Below are positions 44,432 through 52,515 of a DNA stretch of 64,000 nucleotides, piece by piece. The notes under the pieces are model-generated. The model saw nothing but the letters and a program-made list of their open reading frames with translations, ran no database searches and had not been told where the DNA came from. The stretch comes from Gammaproteobacteria bacterium (GTDB lineage: Bacteria; Pseudomonadota; Gammaproteobacteria; GCA-001735895). The stretch covers positions 13,299 to 77,298 of the forward strand of contig JBNKUM010000089.1 of the NCBI GenBank assembly GCA_050298595.1, read 5' to 3'. Position numbers and translations under genes: made by a program. Positions within the stretch are counted from its first letter, which is position 1, and each line of letters begins with the position of its first letter.

Positions 44432-45666
44432 ATCTTCACCACTTCTTTTCTCTCATACGGATTTGCTGCATCTACACCTGGTGAATTCTCCCAGCCTTTG
44501 TATTTTTCCATCGCTGCTTTTACATGCTTGTAATCAACCAGGTCATCCGCCACAAATTGAGGGTCCAGCTTCTTGATAAAGGTGTTGTCGCCACTCACCA
44601 GGGTATCGCCCATTGCATCAACAATCATCTTGGTAGCAGATGGGTATGGATAGGGAGAGAAGTCGATACGACCATTGCCAAACGCAGACTTGTTACGAAT
44701 CGCATCAGGACTGGCATATTTATCTTCATCATAGTAGGTCATGGCCCTTACCACTGCCTTGCCCGGCATAGGAAGGTATTTTTTACCATCTCTCGACATC
44801 ATCATCGCAACTTCTTCCTTATTCTGCTGGGCGTAAACCTCTGCCCGCACGATGGCATTCATGACTTTCTGCGTCCATTCTGGTTTTGCATTAACGGTGT
44901 TTTCATTCATGCAGATAACACAGCAAGGATGGTTCTTCCACATATCGCCCGTGAAGCGCAACACCTTACCGCCTGCTTTCATTTCACCGAAGGCATTAAA
45001 TGGCTCTGCGACGATGAAGGCATCAATCTTTTTCGCTGCCAGTGCGGGTGGCATATCTGGAGGAGGCATGATCATCAGATTAACTTCATCCTTCGCCAGT
45101 TTGGCTTTTTGATCTTTGATGACGGGCTTCAGGCCGGCACTACGTAAGCCCATCTGCAGAACAATATTGTGCATGGAATACCAGTAGGGAACTGCAATCT
45201 GCATACCACCCAGATCCTTAAAATCTTCTGCGCCCGTATGCTTACCAACAACCAGAGCAGATCCATTTATATGTGCCCAGGACATGATCTTAACGGGAAA
45301 ATCATTGTTATAACGCATCCAGACTGGAATCGGTTTAAGGAAATGTACCAGATTGAATTTACCAGCGGCAAAGCCTTCTACCAGAGGAGACCAGCCACGA
45401 ATCAGAGTCGGTTTTTCTGCTTTAAGACCTTCGTCTTCAAAAAAGCCCATACCATGCGCAACCAGCAACGCGGTAGCATCGGTTATGGGTAGATAACCGA
45501 TCCTGACTACCTCATCATCGGGAGGCGTCATACCCGCCAGACTCATACCCGGCATGGTCAGGCCAGCAGCCAGCCCACCCATCGCCATCATGTCGAGCAT
45601 AAAGTCTCTACGGCTCATTTCATGCTTGTAAATATATTCTAATTCATCATCTTTTTGCTTGCTCAT
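44428..45666 (-). CDS. NrtA/CmpA/CynA-like ABC substrate-binding protein
   Basis: Tat-like SRRDFM, RIGYLPITDA, AEPFN, HPCCV. Confidence 0.88.
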   Translation of the reverse strand: MSKQKDDELEYIYKHEMSRRDFMLDMMAMGGLAAGLTMPGMSLAGMTPPDDEVVRIGYLPITDATALLVAHGMGFFEDEGLKAEKPTLIRGWSPLVEGFAAGKFNLVHFLKPIPVWMRYNNDFPVKIMSWAHINGSALVVGKHTGAEDFKDLGGMQIAVPYWYSMHNIVLQMGLRSAGLKPVIKDQKAKLAKDEVNLMIMPPPDMPPALAAKKIDAFIVAEPFNAFGEMKAGGKVLRFTGDMWKNHPCCVICMNENTVNAKPEWTQKVMNAIVRAEVYAQQNKEEVAMMMSRDGKKYLPMPGKAVVRAMTYYDEDKYASPDAIRNKSAFGNGRIDFSPYPYPSATKMIVDAMGDTLVSGDNTFIKKLDPQFVADDLVDYKHVKAAMEKYKGWENSPGVDAANPYERKEVVKI

Positions 45667-45699
45667 GGTACATCTCCAAGGTTAATAAATTTGTTTGGT

Positions 45700-46518
45700 T
45701 CAGGCAGCTTTCTGATCGGAATCTTGCTTGTTTTGGGAAGTTACTGCTGCTTCAGATTCTGTTTCATGCGGGTGAATATCACCCACCAGGCTTTCAAACT
45801 TAGACATCAACTGTTCACGTTGGCGACTAAATTCAGCCGAAGCTCTATTGCGAGGAAGTGGCAAATCTATATTGACCTCACCAACAATCCGTCCAGGGTT
45901 GGCCGACATGATGAGTACACGGTCAGCCATCGCAACCGCTTCATCGATATCGTGGGTCACTATGACCATTGTCAGGCCTTCCTGAGTAACGATGTTCGCT
46001 ACATCGTCCTGCAGACTGGCACGGGTAAAGGCATCCAGCGCTGAAAAAGGTTCATCCAGTAACAGCAATTCCGGCGAGGTCGCCATAGAGCGGGCTACTG
46101 CTACACGCTGCTGCTGACCACCTGACAGGCTCTGTACATTGGCATCAGCCTTATCCGACAGACCTACCATGGCCAGCAGTCGATCTATCTTTTTAGCATC
46201 GCGCTTACCGGTGAATATCAATCCCAGTTCAGCGTTCTCGCGTACGCTCATCCAGGGATATAAAGAGGGTTTCTGAAACATCATGTTCCATTTTGCACTG
46301 GGCTTGGTCACAGTATGCCCATGAATACGCACACAGCCCTGAGATGGCATCAGTAATCCCGCCAACATATGTAACAGCGTGGATTTTCCACAACCACTAC
46401 GTCCGATAAGAGCGATTTTTTCGCCCGGTTTAATCTGTAACTCTATATTTTCAAGGGTTGGCTGCTTCTGCCCCTTAAATGTGTGAGTGATGAAATCGAT
46501 ACTTAAGTTTGCACTCAT
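45700..46518 (-). CDS. NitT/TauT-family ABC ATPase
   Basis: GRSGCGKST, LSGGQQQR, DEPFSALD, THDIDEA. Confidence 0.93.
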   Translation of the reverse strand: MSANLSIDFITHTFKGQKQPTLENIELQIKPGEKIALIGRSGCGKSTLLHMLAGLLMPSQGCVRIHGHTVTKPSAKWNMMFQKPSLYPWMSVRENAELGLIFTGKRDAKKIDRLLAMVGLSDKADANVQSLSGGQQQRVAVARSMATSPELLLLDEPFSALDAFTRASLQDDVANIVTQEGLTMVIVTHDIDEAVAMADRVLIMSANPGRIVGEVNIDLPLPRNRASAEFSRQREQLMSKFESLVGDIHPHETESEAAVTSQNKQDSDQKAA

Positions 46519-46552
46519 GGCAATACCTCAAAACATAATTTGATTTCTTCAA

Positions 46553-46568
46553 TGCAGGGATCATGCCA
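46553..46568 (-). promoter_or_regulatory. Sigma54 -24/-12 promoter of the ABC operon
   Basis: Minus strand TGGCAT-GATCC-CTGCA (GG-N10-GC). Confidence 0.8.
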
Positions 46569-46639
46569 TAAGCATTACTGTCCGTTTCAGCCGTTTCATT
46601 ACGACTTTCTCTACCTTTGTCCATTCTGTCATGTCCACA

Positions 46640-46653
46640 TTGTCGACTTTGTC
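46640..46653. promoter_or_regulatory. Putative shared activator site between the divergent promoters
   Basis: TTGTCGACTTTGTC, one mismatch to 41753-41766, within a TGTC-rich tract. Confidence 0.7.
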
Positions 46654-46731
46654 GGACAAACTCAGCGCTCTTTAGCCCTTCATATACATGTTTTTATGTA
46701 CACAGCTAATAACTTCCCCAAAAAACGACTC

Positions 46732-46747
46732 TGGCATTGCATTTGCA
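46732..46747 (+). promoter_or_regulatory. Sigma54 -24/-12 promoter of cynS
   Basis: TGGCAT-TGCAT-TTGCA. Confidence 0.85.
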
Positions 46748-46800
46748 TTGCAGCAATTACCAATAACTGAATCGTTACTAATTAATCGAGGTAAAAATCT

Positions 46801-47241
46801 ATGAATAAACACGAAATGAAAGAAGCCATACTGGCTGCAAAAAAAGATAAAGGACTCAGCTGGGCAGCCATTGCTGAAGCAGCCGGACTGGCGCCTGAAT
46901 ATACCACCTCAGCCTGCCTGGGCATGAATCACCTGGAAAAAGAGAATGCAGATCCAGTAGCAGAGATTCTGGGACTGGGTGCAGATCTTTCATCTGCTCT
47001 ACAGGACTACCCGAACAAGAAATGGGAACAGATGGTACCTACTGACCCTGTCATTTATCGCTGGTATGAAATTGTTGGTGTGTATGGCGAAACCATTAAA
47101 GAACTGATCCATGAAAAATTTGGCGATGGCATCATGTCAGCTATCGATTTCACCATGAATATCGACAAGCAGGAAGATCCTAAAGGAGACCGAGTCGTGG
47201 TAACACTGAATGGTAAATTCCTGCCTTATAAATCCTGGTAA
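46801..47241 (+). CDS. cynS: Cyanase
   Basis: PTDPVIYRWYE, HEKFGDGIMSAIDF, GKFLPYKSW. Confidence 0.97.
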   Translation: MNKHEMKEAILAAKKDKGLSWAAIAEAAGLAPEYTTSACLGMNHLEKENADPVAEILGLGADLSSALQDYPNKKWEQMVPTDPVIYRWYEIVGVYGETIKELIHEKFGDGIMSAIDFTMNIDKQEDPKGDRVVVTLNGKFLPYKSW

Positions 47242-47323
47242 TCACTGACAGACAGATTAACTGCAAAGCCATACTCCCGAGCGCTAATTAAGGCTTGGGA
47301 GTGATTTTAATCAGGCTCAGCAT

Positions 47324-48313
47324 TCACTTGTGGCTTGTTAATTCGTACAAAGCCTTATCCAGACGCGCCCACTCCACTTCTGTAGCAGGTAGCCCAAAAC
47401 GCAGGCTATCCGGCTGATTAAACAGCCGAGTCAGAATTCCCCGCTGCGCCAGCGCCTGATGCAGGTCACTGGCACTGGAGGTGCAGATCCATTGGAACAA
47501 CGTGCTACCGCCGCTGGGGGTAAGCCCATGCTTCGATAGTAAACTATGTAGGCGCTCGCCTGCGGCTAAAAGCTGTTGACGCGCGGTTATCTGCCATTGA
47601 TGATCACTCAGCGCGGCGGCGGCGACCCAGCGCGCGGCGGCGTTGATGCACCAGGGTCCAAGCAGGGCTTGCAGCGCATCGAGCAGGGATGGATGAGCGC
47701 ACACAAAACCCACTCGCGCCCCTGCAAGACCAAAAAACTTGCCCAGCGAACGCAACACGATCAACCCCTGATTGCTTGCATGAGCGCACAGACTCAGCTC
47801 TGGTGTGCTATCCATAAACGCTTCGTCAATCACCAGCCAACCGCCGCGTGCCGCGAGTCGTTGATGCCAGTCGAGTAGTTGCTCTGTCGCAAAGCGAACC
47901 CCGCTGGGGTTGTTGGGATGGATCACAACCACCACATCGTTATGCGCTATCGCCTCATCCAGATGTTCCGCAGCACAGGCGCTGACCTCGTGACCAGCTC
48001 GCCGCCATGCAGCAGCATGCTCTGCATAGCCAGGACTAAGTACCGCCACCCGCGAATGCGCACGCAAACGCGGCAATGCCTGAATGGCCGCCTGGGAACC
48101 GGCCACCGCCAAGATAGGCCCACTCGCATAATACGCCTGCGCAGCCTGTTCCAGGCCATCATCCTCCTCAGGTAGACGCGTCCACAGCGAAGCGGGAATC
48201 TCGGGTAGCGGCCAGCCGTTAGGGTTGATACCGGTGGAAAGATCGAGCCAGTCTTCCAGCGCAATATTATAGCGCTGCGCTGCCTGGCGAATTTTGCCAC
48301 CATGCTCAAGCAT
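47324..48313 (-). CDS. cobD: L-threonine-O-3-phosphate decarboxylase
   Basis: MLEHGG, DLSTGINP, HPNNPSG, RSLGKFFGLAGAR PLP motif (named cobC in Pseudomonas denitrificans nomenclature). Confidence 0.93.
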   Translation of the reverse strand: MLEHGGKIRQAAQRYNIALEDWLDLSTGINPNGWPLPEIPASLWTRLPEEDDGLEQAAQAYYASGPILAVAGSQAAIQALPRLRAHSRVAVLSPGYAEHAAAWRRAGHEVSACAAEHLDEAIAHNDVVVVIHPNNPSGVRFATEQLLDWHQRLAARGGWLVIDEAFMDSTPELSLCAHASNQGLIVLRSLGKFFGLAGARVGFVCAHPSLLDALQALLGPWCINAAARWVAAAALSDHQWQITARQQLLAAGERLHSLLSKHGLTPSGGSTLFQWICTSSASDLHQALAQRGILTRLFNQPDSLRFGLPATEVEWARLDKALYELTSHK

Positions 48314-49226
48314 AGGTCATCAAGCCTCCAGCAATCACTAGCACCGCAAGCCACAACAGCACGCCATTGCGCACCAGTGACAGCGCCCGTTCGATGTCAT
48401 TGCTCTGAGGAGGATGACCCCGGCCCAGTTGGGGGCGTTGATGCCATTCTCCCCGATAACAGGCCGGTCCGCCCAGCGCGACACCCAGGGCGCCCGCCCC
48501 GGCAGCCATGACAGGACCCGCATTGGGGCTATCCCACACAGCAGCCTGGGTCCGCCAGCATGACAACGCGCTTACCGGCATACCAAGCAGCGCATAGGTC
48601 AGGGCCGTGAGGCGTGCAGGAATATAGTTGAGCAGGTCATCAAGGCGCGCCGCCGCCCAGCCAAAATACCTGTAGCGGTCATTACGGTAGCCCCACATGG
48701 CATCCAGCGTATTGACCAGCCGATACAGTACAACCCCTGCACCGCCTGCGATAACAAACCAGAACAGCGCGCCGAACACGCCATCGTTGCCATTTTCCAG
48801 TACTGATTCAGTGGTAGCGAGCGGGATATCCAGTTGCTCGGGGTCACGGCTGACTATGCGGCTGGCCAAATGGCGCGCTAGTGTATCATCACCATTGCGT
48901 AAGGACTCTGCTACCGGGCTTGCATGCTGATGCAGGCTTTTATGTCCGAGGGCAAAGTACAGCAACAGTATACTGATGACGTTGCCAATATAGGGCAGCA
49001 TGACGAATACAGCAGCGATCAGCGTAATCGGCAGAACCAGTATCAGCACGCCCAGTATACCTCGCAGACGGCGCTCGCCTGAGCTGGCCCGCTCAGCGCC
49101 ATAGATAATCCGTTCCAGTTGTTTGACTAGCTTGCCGAACCCGACCAGCGGATGCCATCGCCCGGGCTCGCCCAGTAGCCAGTCCAGCAGCACCGCAGCC
49201 ACTGCCGACAGGGCCAGACTCAACAT
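48306..49226 (-). CDS. cbiB: Adenosylcobinamide-phosphate synthase
   Basis: HPLVGFG, ESVLENGND, NTLDAMWGY, SPNAG. Confidence 0.95.
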   Translation of the reverse strand: MLSLALSAVAAVLLDWLLGEPGRWHPLVGFGKLVKQLERIIYGAERASSGERRLRGILGVLILVLPITLIAAVFVMLPYIGNVISILLLYFALGHKSLHQHASPVAESLRNGDDTLARHLASRIVSRDPEQLDIPLATTESVLENGNDGVFGALFWFVIAGGAGVVLYRLVNTLDAMWGYRNDRYRYFGWAAARLDDLLNYIPARLTALTYALLGMPVSALSCWRTQAAVWDSPNAGPVMAAGAGALGVALGGPACYRGEWHQRPQLGRGHPPQSNDIERALSLVRNGVLLWLAVLVIAGGLMTYA

Positions 49227-49879
49227 GGCTGTTCCTCAGCATAGTTGTCCCAACTGTTTTCAAATACAAACTCCTGCCATTGCTGTCTTTGTGTCCAGCC
49301 ATGCATTTCCAGCATCGGTTGCGGATAGAACTCCTCAACATGACCGAGACAGAGGATGGCAACAGGCCGAGCACCGCTGGGCATCGCCAGCAATTGCGCC
49401 AGTGCGAGTGGGTCGAACAGGGAAACCCAGCCCAGTCCCAGTCCTTCAGCGCGCGCCGCTAGCCACATATTCTGGATCGCGCAGGCGACCGAAGCCAGAT
49501 CCATCTCCGGCATGGTGCGGCGACCAAACAATAGTCGTTCACGCCCATCCATCAGCGCCACCACGAAAAGTTCACCACACTCGCGCACACCTTCCACCTT
49601 GAGCTGCATAAACTCACTCTTGCGTTCGCCCAGCGCGTCAGCTGTACGCAGGCGCTCCTTTCCCACCAGTGCGTGAATTTCCTGACGCACTTGTGTATCG
49701 CTAATGCGGATAAAACGCCATGGCTGTATCAGGCCGACACTGGGTGCCTGATGTGCCGCTTCTAGCAGACGCTCTAGCACCGCTGGATCCACAGGGTCTG
49801 GCAGGAAATGGCGCATGTCACGCCGTTCGCGTATGGCGCGATAGACGGCATCGATTTCTTTTTCTGAGTATCTGCTCAT
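49220..49879 (-). CDS. bluB: 5,6-dimethylbenzimidazole synthase
   Basis: RRDMRHF, AHQAPSVG..QPW, CAIQNMWLAARAEGLGLGWVS. Confidence 0.95.
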   Translation of the reverse strand: MSRYSEKEIDAVYRAIRERRDMRHFLPDPVDPAVLERLLEAAHQAPSVGLIQPWRFIRISDTQVRQEIHALVGKERLRTADALGERKSEFMQLKVEGVRECGELFVVALMDGRERLLFGRRTMPEMDLASVACAIQNMWLAARAEGLGLGWVSLFDPLALAQLLAMPSGARPVAILCLGHVEEFYPQPMLEMHGWTQRQQWQEFVFENSWDNYAEEQPC

Positions 49880-49983
49880 GACCGAAACAACCCGGCGCTT
49901 ACCTCGTCACGTGAAACTGCAATGCTCACGCCCTGCATGGCCGCACACAGCAATACCGTCACATAGATATAACATTTCTTCAT
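49876..49983 (-). pseudogene. 35-aa ORF, probable deletion-fusion remnant
   Basis: Strong RBS GAGGGG; signal-peptide-like MKKCYIYVTVLLCAAMQGVSIA; stop overlaps the bluB ATG (ATGA). Confidence 0.5.
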
Positions 49984-50113
49984 TTTCCCCTCAGGCACGC
50001 TCACCCGCATGCAAAACCAGATGATATATATGCAAGGCGGGGGAAACAGACACAAACAGGAGAGATAGAAACCCTGAAGCCTGAGCATAGCCCACCGCAA
50101 TGCTAACCTACGG

Positions 50114-50320
50114 CTTCAGGTCGGTCTCCGGACTCGTGAGTGGTCTAATAAAGACCTGGCAGATCGCCTTCCCGCGTCAAACGCAGTGGCTGAGTGATCC
50201 GCCGCAACTCACTTACCGTTGCGGGGGCAGTGCCGGAATTATTCCTGAGCAGAATGTCAGGTACGCACCGGCTTCCCGTTTAATCCTGTGGGTGGATACC
50301 TAAAGGACACCTGAAGCAGA
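50114..50320 (-). ncRNA. Cobalamin riboswitch
   Basis: Minus strand carries AAACGGGAAGCCGGTG, ACTGCCCCCGCAACGGTAA, GCCACTG...GGGAAGGC and the AGTCCGGAGACCGACC B12 box; upstream of cob genes. Confidence 0.95.
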
Positions 50321-50352
50321 TTTGCGCAAGGTATAGAAGCTCCAAAGCGATG

Positions 50353-51303
50353 TCAATCATTCACAATAGCGGCTCGTGCTGTCGTTGCCTGGATGGCTTT
50401 TAACAGGCACTTCATTTCATCGGGTGATTTCACGGTAATCTGTTGCAGACTCTGGTTCTTCAGGGTATTCCAGCTCAGCATGCGGGATAACCAGAAGCGG
50501 CAGGCGCCTAGCTGACGCATCAACGGTAATGCCTGTCGCTCATCCCGGCTCAATCGACGCTTGCACTGATAGCCGTTTATCATGGCATCAATACGGCGCT
50601 GATCAAAACCCTGACCCTGACGACACCAGTCGTTAATCATGATAGCCAGGTCCAGCAGCAGATAATCCGTGCAGGCAAAAGACCAGTCGATGACTCCAGT
50701 GAGCAGGCCATCATGAAACAGGGCATTATCATGGAATAAATCGGCATGAATAATACCGACTGGAAGCTCCATGCGCGTTAATTGCTCGAGCTGATCCAGG
50801 CTGCGGTTGAACAGCTCATAATCCTCCTCCGCCATCCATTCCCGATACTGACGATGAGCCAGCAGCCAGTCGAGACCGAATGGATTATACCGTTGGATAC
50901 TCAGTTTCTGCCCAGCCAGATGCATCTCACCCATAGCACAGCCCATTTGTGAACAATAATCCTGAGTGGGTTGGGCTACATGGTGACCGTCCAGCTTTTT
51001 AAACAATACCGCCGGTTTATCGGCGACAAGCTGTAGCGCATTGCCAGCCTTATCGTGTATCGGTTCGGCGACTTTACAGTTTGTTGACTTGAGATGATCA
51101 AGGAGCTTCAGCAAAAACAGTAATCCCCGTTCAGTCTGGTTTTCAAACAGTGTCAGAACATATTCATCCTGTGTCGTGGTAATAAAAAAACTGGAATTGT
51201 CTGTACCGGCTTCGATACCTTTAAAACTGATCAATTGTCCCAGGGGATAACGCAATAAAAACTCATGCAACTGAGCTTCGGTAACGGGGGTGAATACACT
51301 CAT
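50353..51303 (-). CDS. thrB: Homoserine kinase type II
   Basis: MSVFTPV, YVLTLFE, GIIHADLFHDN, RFWLSR. Confidence 0.9.
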   Translation of the reverse strand: MSVFTPVTEAQLHEFLLRYPLGQLISFKGIEAGTDNSSFFITTTQDEYVLTLFENQTERGLLFLLKLLDHLKSTNCKVAEPIHDKAGNALQLVADKPAVLFKKLDGHHVAQPTQDYCSQMGCAMGEMHLAGQKLSIQRYNPFGLDWLLAHRQYREWMAEEDYELFNRSLDQLEQLTRMELPVGIIHADLFHDNALFHDGLLTGVIDWSFACTDYLLLDLAIMINDWCRQGQGFDQRRIDAMINGYQCKRRLSRDERQALPLMRQLGACRFWLSRMLSWNTLKNQSLQQITVKSPDEMKCLLKAIQATTARAAIVND

Positions 51304-51535
51304 CAGGTTTGGGGTCTGGTTTCACTCAGGACTCTGGCTACAGGGGCGTGTTGACAATGCTCTGAATTCATCATTTGGACAGGGCGGCTCAATTTAGCGC
51401 TATCACCACCAGGGCGAGGCATTCCACTAATACCAGCATAGCGCCAGCGATGGCGTAGGATACCAATAATTGTGGTGTGTTCTTTCATTAAGGCCAGTAA
51501 GTGCGAGGCCTGAAACATAATTAATCAAAGAAGCC

Positions 51536-52279
51536 CTAATAACATTGAGCCTGAGTCAGGCCTTTATTCAAGCGCCTGCCATGCTTGTAGCCTTTCCAGT
51601 ATGAAGCCTTCGCTTCTTCCTGAATCTCCTTAGGCATCTGCGAAATGACTTCATTAAAGTCACGGCTGATCACTTGTTTATCCCCACAAAATTTACGCCT
51701 GTAGGCCAGCTGACCCGAAAGTTCGGCAATTCTCAGCTGTTTAAGTTTGGGATCTTCGGCCATAACCGGCTCGGGTTCAGGCGCAGATTCTGGCTTTGCT
51801 TGTTCAACACTATCCACCTTGGCATCGACTTCTTTACTGCCACGGCTACGTGATTTAGTCAGACGCGCACATTCATCTTCGGATAACAGTGGTGTTTCTT
51901 TCTTGCCCTGCTCAAACCCTTCCTGGAAGGCATCACGCATAGGATCACGAAAATCCTGAGGCAGTTGTTGCACACGTTTAGTAAATTCGGCCAGCACTTC
52001 TGCCTGACCACATTGCAATCGGGAATAACTCAATTTACCCAGAGTACGTGACAGATTAACTACCGTTCCAGTTGCAGCTTGCTGATCTTTCTTCACCTGT
52101 TCAGGATCTGCATTTTCGTTTGGTACAGCCTGACTGTTAATTTTTTCAATCGCAAGGTCTATGATCGACATTATCGAGCTTAAGCCCTGATCGGCTAGCG
52201 CATAAGCTGAAGTAGGTATTAGAAAGGATTGTAAAATCAATAGTATGGAAATGGTTCTGATCATTGAACTATAACTCAT
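51536..52279 (-). CDS. Secreted hypothetical protein with an internally duplicated Cys-containing domain
   Basis: Signal peptide; LGKLSYSRLQCG...FQEGFEQG...EC and SGQLAYRRKFCG...YWKGYKHG...QC. Confidence 0.75.
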   Translation of the reverse strand: MSYSSMIRTISILLILQSFLIPTSAYALADQGLSSIMSIIDLAIEKINSQAVPNENADPEQVKKDQQAATGTVVNLSRTLGKLSYSRLQCGQAEVLAEFTKRVQQLPQDFRDPMRDAFQEGFEQGKKETPLLSEDECARLTKSRSRGSKEVDAKVDSVEQAKPESAPEPEPVMAEDPKLKQLRIAELSGQLAYRRKFCGDKQVISRDFNEVISQMPKEIQEEAKASYWKGYKHGRRLNKGLTQAQCY

Positions 52280-52515
52280 GGTTATTTATTTGCTGTTAAC
52301 AGCCCCAACTGCATTAAAGCATGTTATCCCGTTTTCATCCACTCTGCAGGTGGCATGCAGCGCTTATTTTGCCGCATTCAAAGACCGTAAAACCTGTCTG
52401 CTGTAAAGGATCAAGCCTATATCAGTCAAATCAGGGATATGTTAGGAATAAGTATTGTATAGTAAAAGATTCAGCACTCTTATCCAGAGATCACCTATAG
52501 CGCTCAAGACATTGC

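Noticed and set aside
49903-49918. parS site
   Set aside because: Only 11 of 16 positions (TCACGTGAAAC) match the consensus and the palindrome is broken.
50100-50303. 67-aa plus-strand ORF
   Set aside because: It is the antisense of the cobalamin riboswitch.
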